This document shows, one piece after another, positions 62,403-64,000 of a stretch of 64,000 nt of DNA (positions are counted from its first letter, which is position 1; every line of letters starts with the position of its first letter). The stretch is from Lepidodermella squamata (lineage: Eukaryota; Animalia; Gastrotricha): positions 744,001-808,000 of the forward strand of contig JBLDXI010000012.1 of NCBI GenBank assembly GCA_047495785.1. Direction: 5' to 3'. The translations under genes and the position numbers were made by a program. Below the pieces are notes generated by a model, which saw only the letters and a program-made list of their open reading frames with translations, had not been told where the DNA came from and ran no database searches.

Positions 62403-63713
62403 TCAGCATTGCGTGAACTTGAAATTCGGAGGATAGAAAAGTTCTCCGGCAATTGTGAAGTTGCCATCCGGCAAAATAACTTGCGCTCGCTCGTAATGAC
62501 CTTTGACATAAAGCGAGAAAATGATAACACCAATAACTAGCACAATCAGTCCATAAAGCCCGATTCCAACCAGGTTGGCGGTATTTATCCGTTGTTTCAT
62601 TTTTTCGAACTTGAGATCAATTTCATCATCCGCCGATGATGGGTTATCTTTCTTCAAGTTTGTGTCACTGATTTTTCTTTCGTGGTGTGGTAAAATCTGA
62701 AATTTAGGAAAATTTAGGAAAATCAAGGTGAAAAGGCGAAAAGATAATTTCCTTACCGAAGATATTGAATTAAATATTGTCATCGTTTTCCCTTTCATTT
62801 CGGCGTAATACCACAGGTGAAGCAGAACTGCAGCGTATATCTTTCAAAAAAGTAATAAAAATAACTATTTTATTACATCAATTTTATTTACCGAAGCTAG
62901 AACCACTGTCGTGAAAAGGGCGAAAAGTAGCTGTAAATTAATAAATTATTAAAATTGCCTATAAGCCCTTGATCTTTCCTACCCAATAAATTAAAGGCAT
63001 CTCTGACGTCATTGAAATCGCTGGCATAGAGCTGGTGACACTGCTAAAAATCACTAACAAATTACAAAAAAATTCTGAAATTGTTTTAAATTAATAGAAA
63101 AATACCGAAAAATGATAGCTCGACTGTGAAAGCTATGTTCATTTTTTCCTCGGAATTACTCGGTGTAAGGAAAATCGCGAAGCCTGATAACGCGAGAAGT
63201 ACGATAGGTGTGATGATGCTAAATTCGTAGAAAGACACCCGCCGTTTCATTGCGAATCGAATGATAACCGATGGTACATCATCGCGATCGATGATGTAGT
63301 TGGTACCGAGAAATTCCCACTGTGGGTTTTGCAAAATGTAGCGCTAAAAAAATTGGATAGGTTTATTGCAATTATTGATATTAGGATAAAAATAATTACC
63401 AAGGTACACGATGCGTTATTGGGAGGGTAGCGAAAATTGATGAAATCATTTTCGACAAGGGATGCAAGTTCGATGTGGCAAATCTGAAGAAAAGGATACT
63501 AGGAACCCAAAACGAAAATTGCAAATCATTTACCTGGGTGTCGTAAGGGTAAAGATAAAGAGCTGTCCTAAATTAACAAAAATAGTGAAATTGAAATTTT
63601 GAAATTGAAATTTACTCACTTGCAAGAGAGGTCAAACGGATTATAAAGTCGCCATTGAGCTGTTCCGTGATTATCCACCTCAACAGCAACTTTGTCCTGA
63701 TTATCTCGCCAAT
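62403..63713 (-). CDS. Cys-loop LGIC gene F (type II), 5' part beyond the window or beyond the transposon
   Basis: DWRDNQDK...FDLSC, YPYDTQ|IC, NPQWEFLG, AMKRR, EEKMNIAFTVELSFF and tail FYPPNFKFTQC*. Confidence 0.8.
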
Positions 63714-63911
63714 CTGTTCAAACCAAAAAAATGGCTCACCACCACAGCGTAACAGAAATAACCAAAGTGCAACACAAAATTTAATATTTTGCAGCACACA
63801 TTTTTGCAACACACGACCTTGTTTTTGGCATTAGTGAAACAAGTAAAATTCAGGCATACCAATAGATGTTATAGCGGGCGCGGAATACGACCGTGGTAAT
63901 TGTTTGAATGT

Positions 63912-64000
63912 CAGGGACGTTGGTACCGGGTAAACCGGGTAAAAACCGGGTAAAACCGGGTAAAACCGGGTACTACCCGGGTAAAAATTGAAAATCGTCC
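63912..64000 (+). mobile_element. Probable terminus of a hAT-like DNA transposon/MITE with subterminal (TAAAACCGGG)n repeats
   Basis: CAGGG start followed by about six accgggt(a)n units. The other end lies outside the window. Confidence 0.45.

Noticed and set aside
63920-63985. Telomeric repeat
   Set aside because: Variable unit length, only about six copies, followed by unique sequence.

Overview
Intron-rich eukaryotic DNA from an unidentified invertebrate animal (about 50-bp GT-AG introns, CpG-rich non-coding DNA). It falls into three blocks. (1) 1-39.7 kb, host genes: FAM122/PABIR-like; a neuroligin-like gene with a complete dopamine/tyramine beta-hydroxylase gene nested antisense in one intron; PAXIP1/PTIP-like BRCT gene; USP12/46; and orphan low-complexity 5' exons. 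(2) 39,746-53,780, a Polinton/Maverick (AGTAGT termini) present as a 14-kb palindrome. Each arm carries an integrase-chromodomain, penton, basic core protein, small ORFs and, unexpectedly, an intronless TATA-binding protein (TBP) homolog near TATAAATA-containing repeat arrays. The arms fold back inside the major capsid gene, so pPolB, ATPase and protease are absent. (3) 53.8-64 kb, a tightly packed array of at least six divergent Cys-loop ligand-gated ion channel genes that alternate between two subunit types. Caveat: the left Polinton arm contains what I recognise as a PacBio barcode adapter, the element ends have no matching TSD, and both flanks contain truncated genes. The palindrome and the joining of blocks 1 and 3 may therefore be library or assembly artefacts. 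The TBP-in-Polinton gene linkage is intact in the clean right arm and is the best candidate for a new system.
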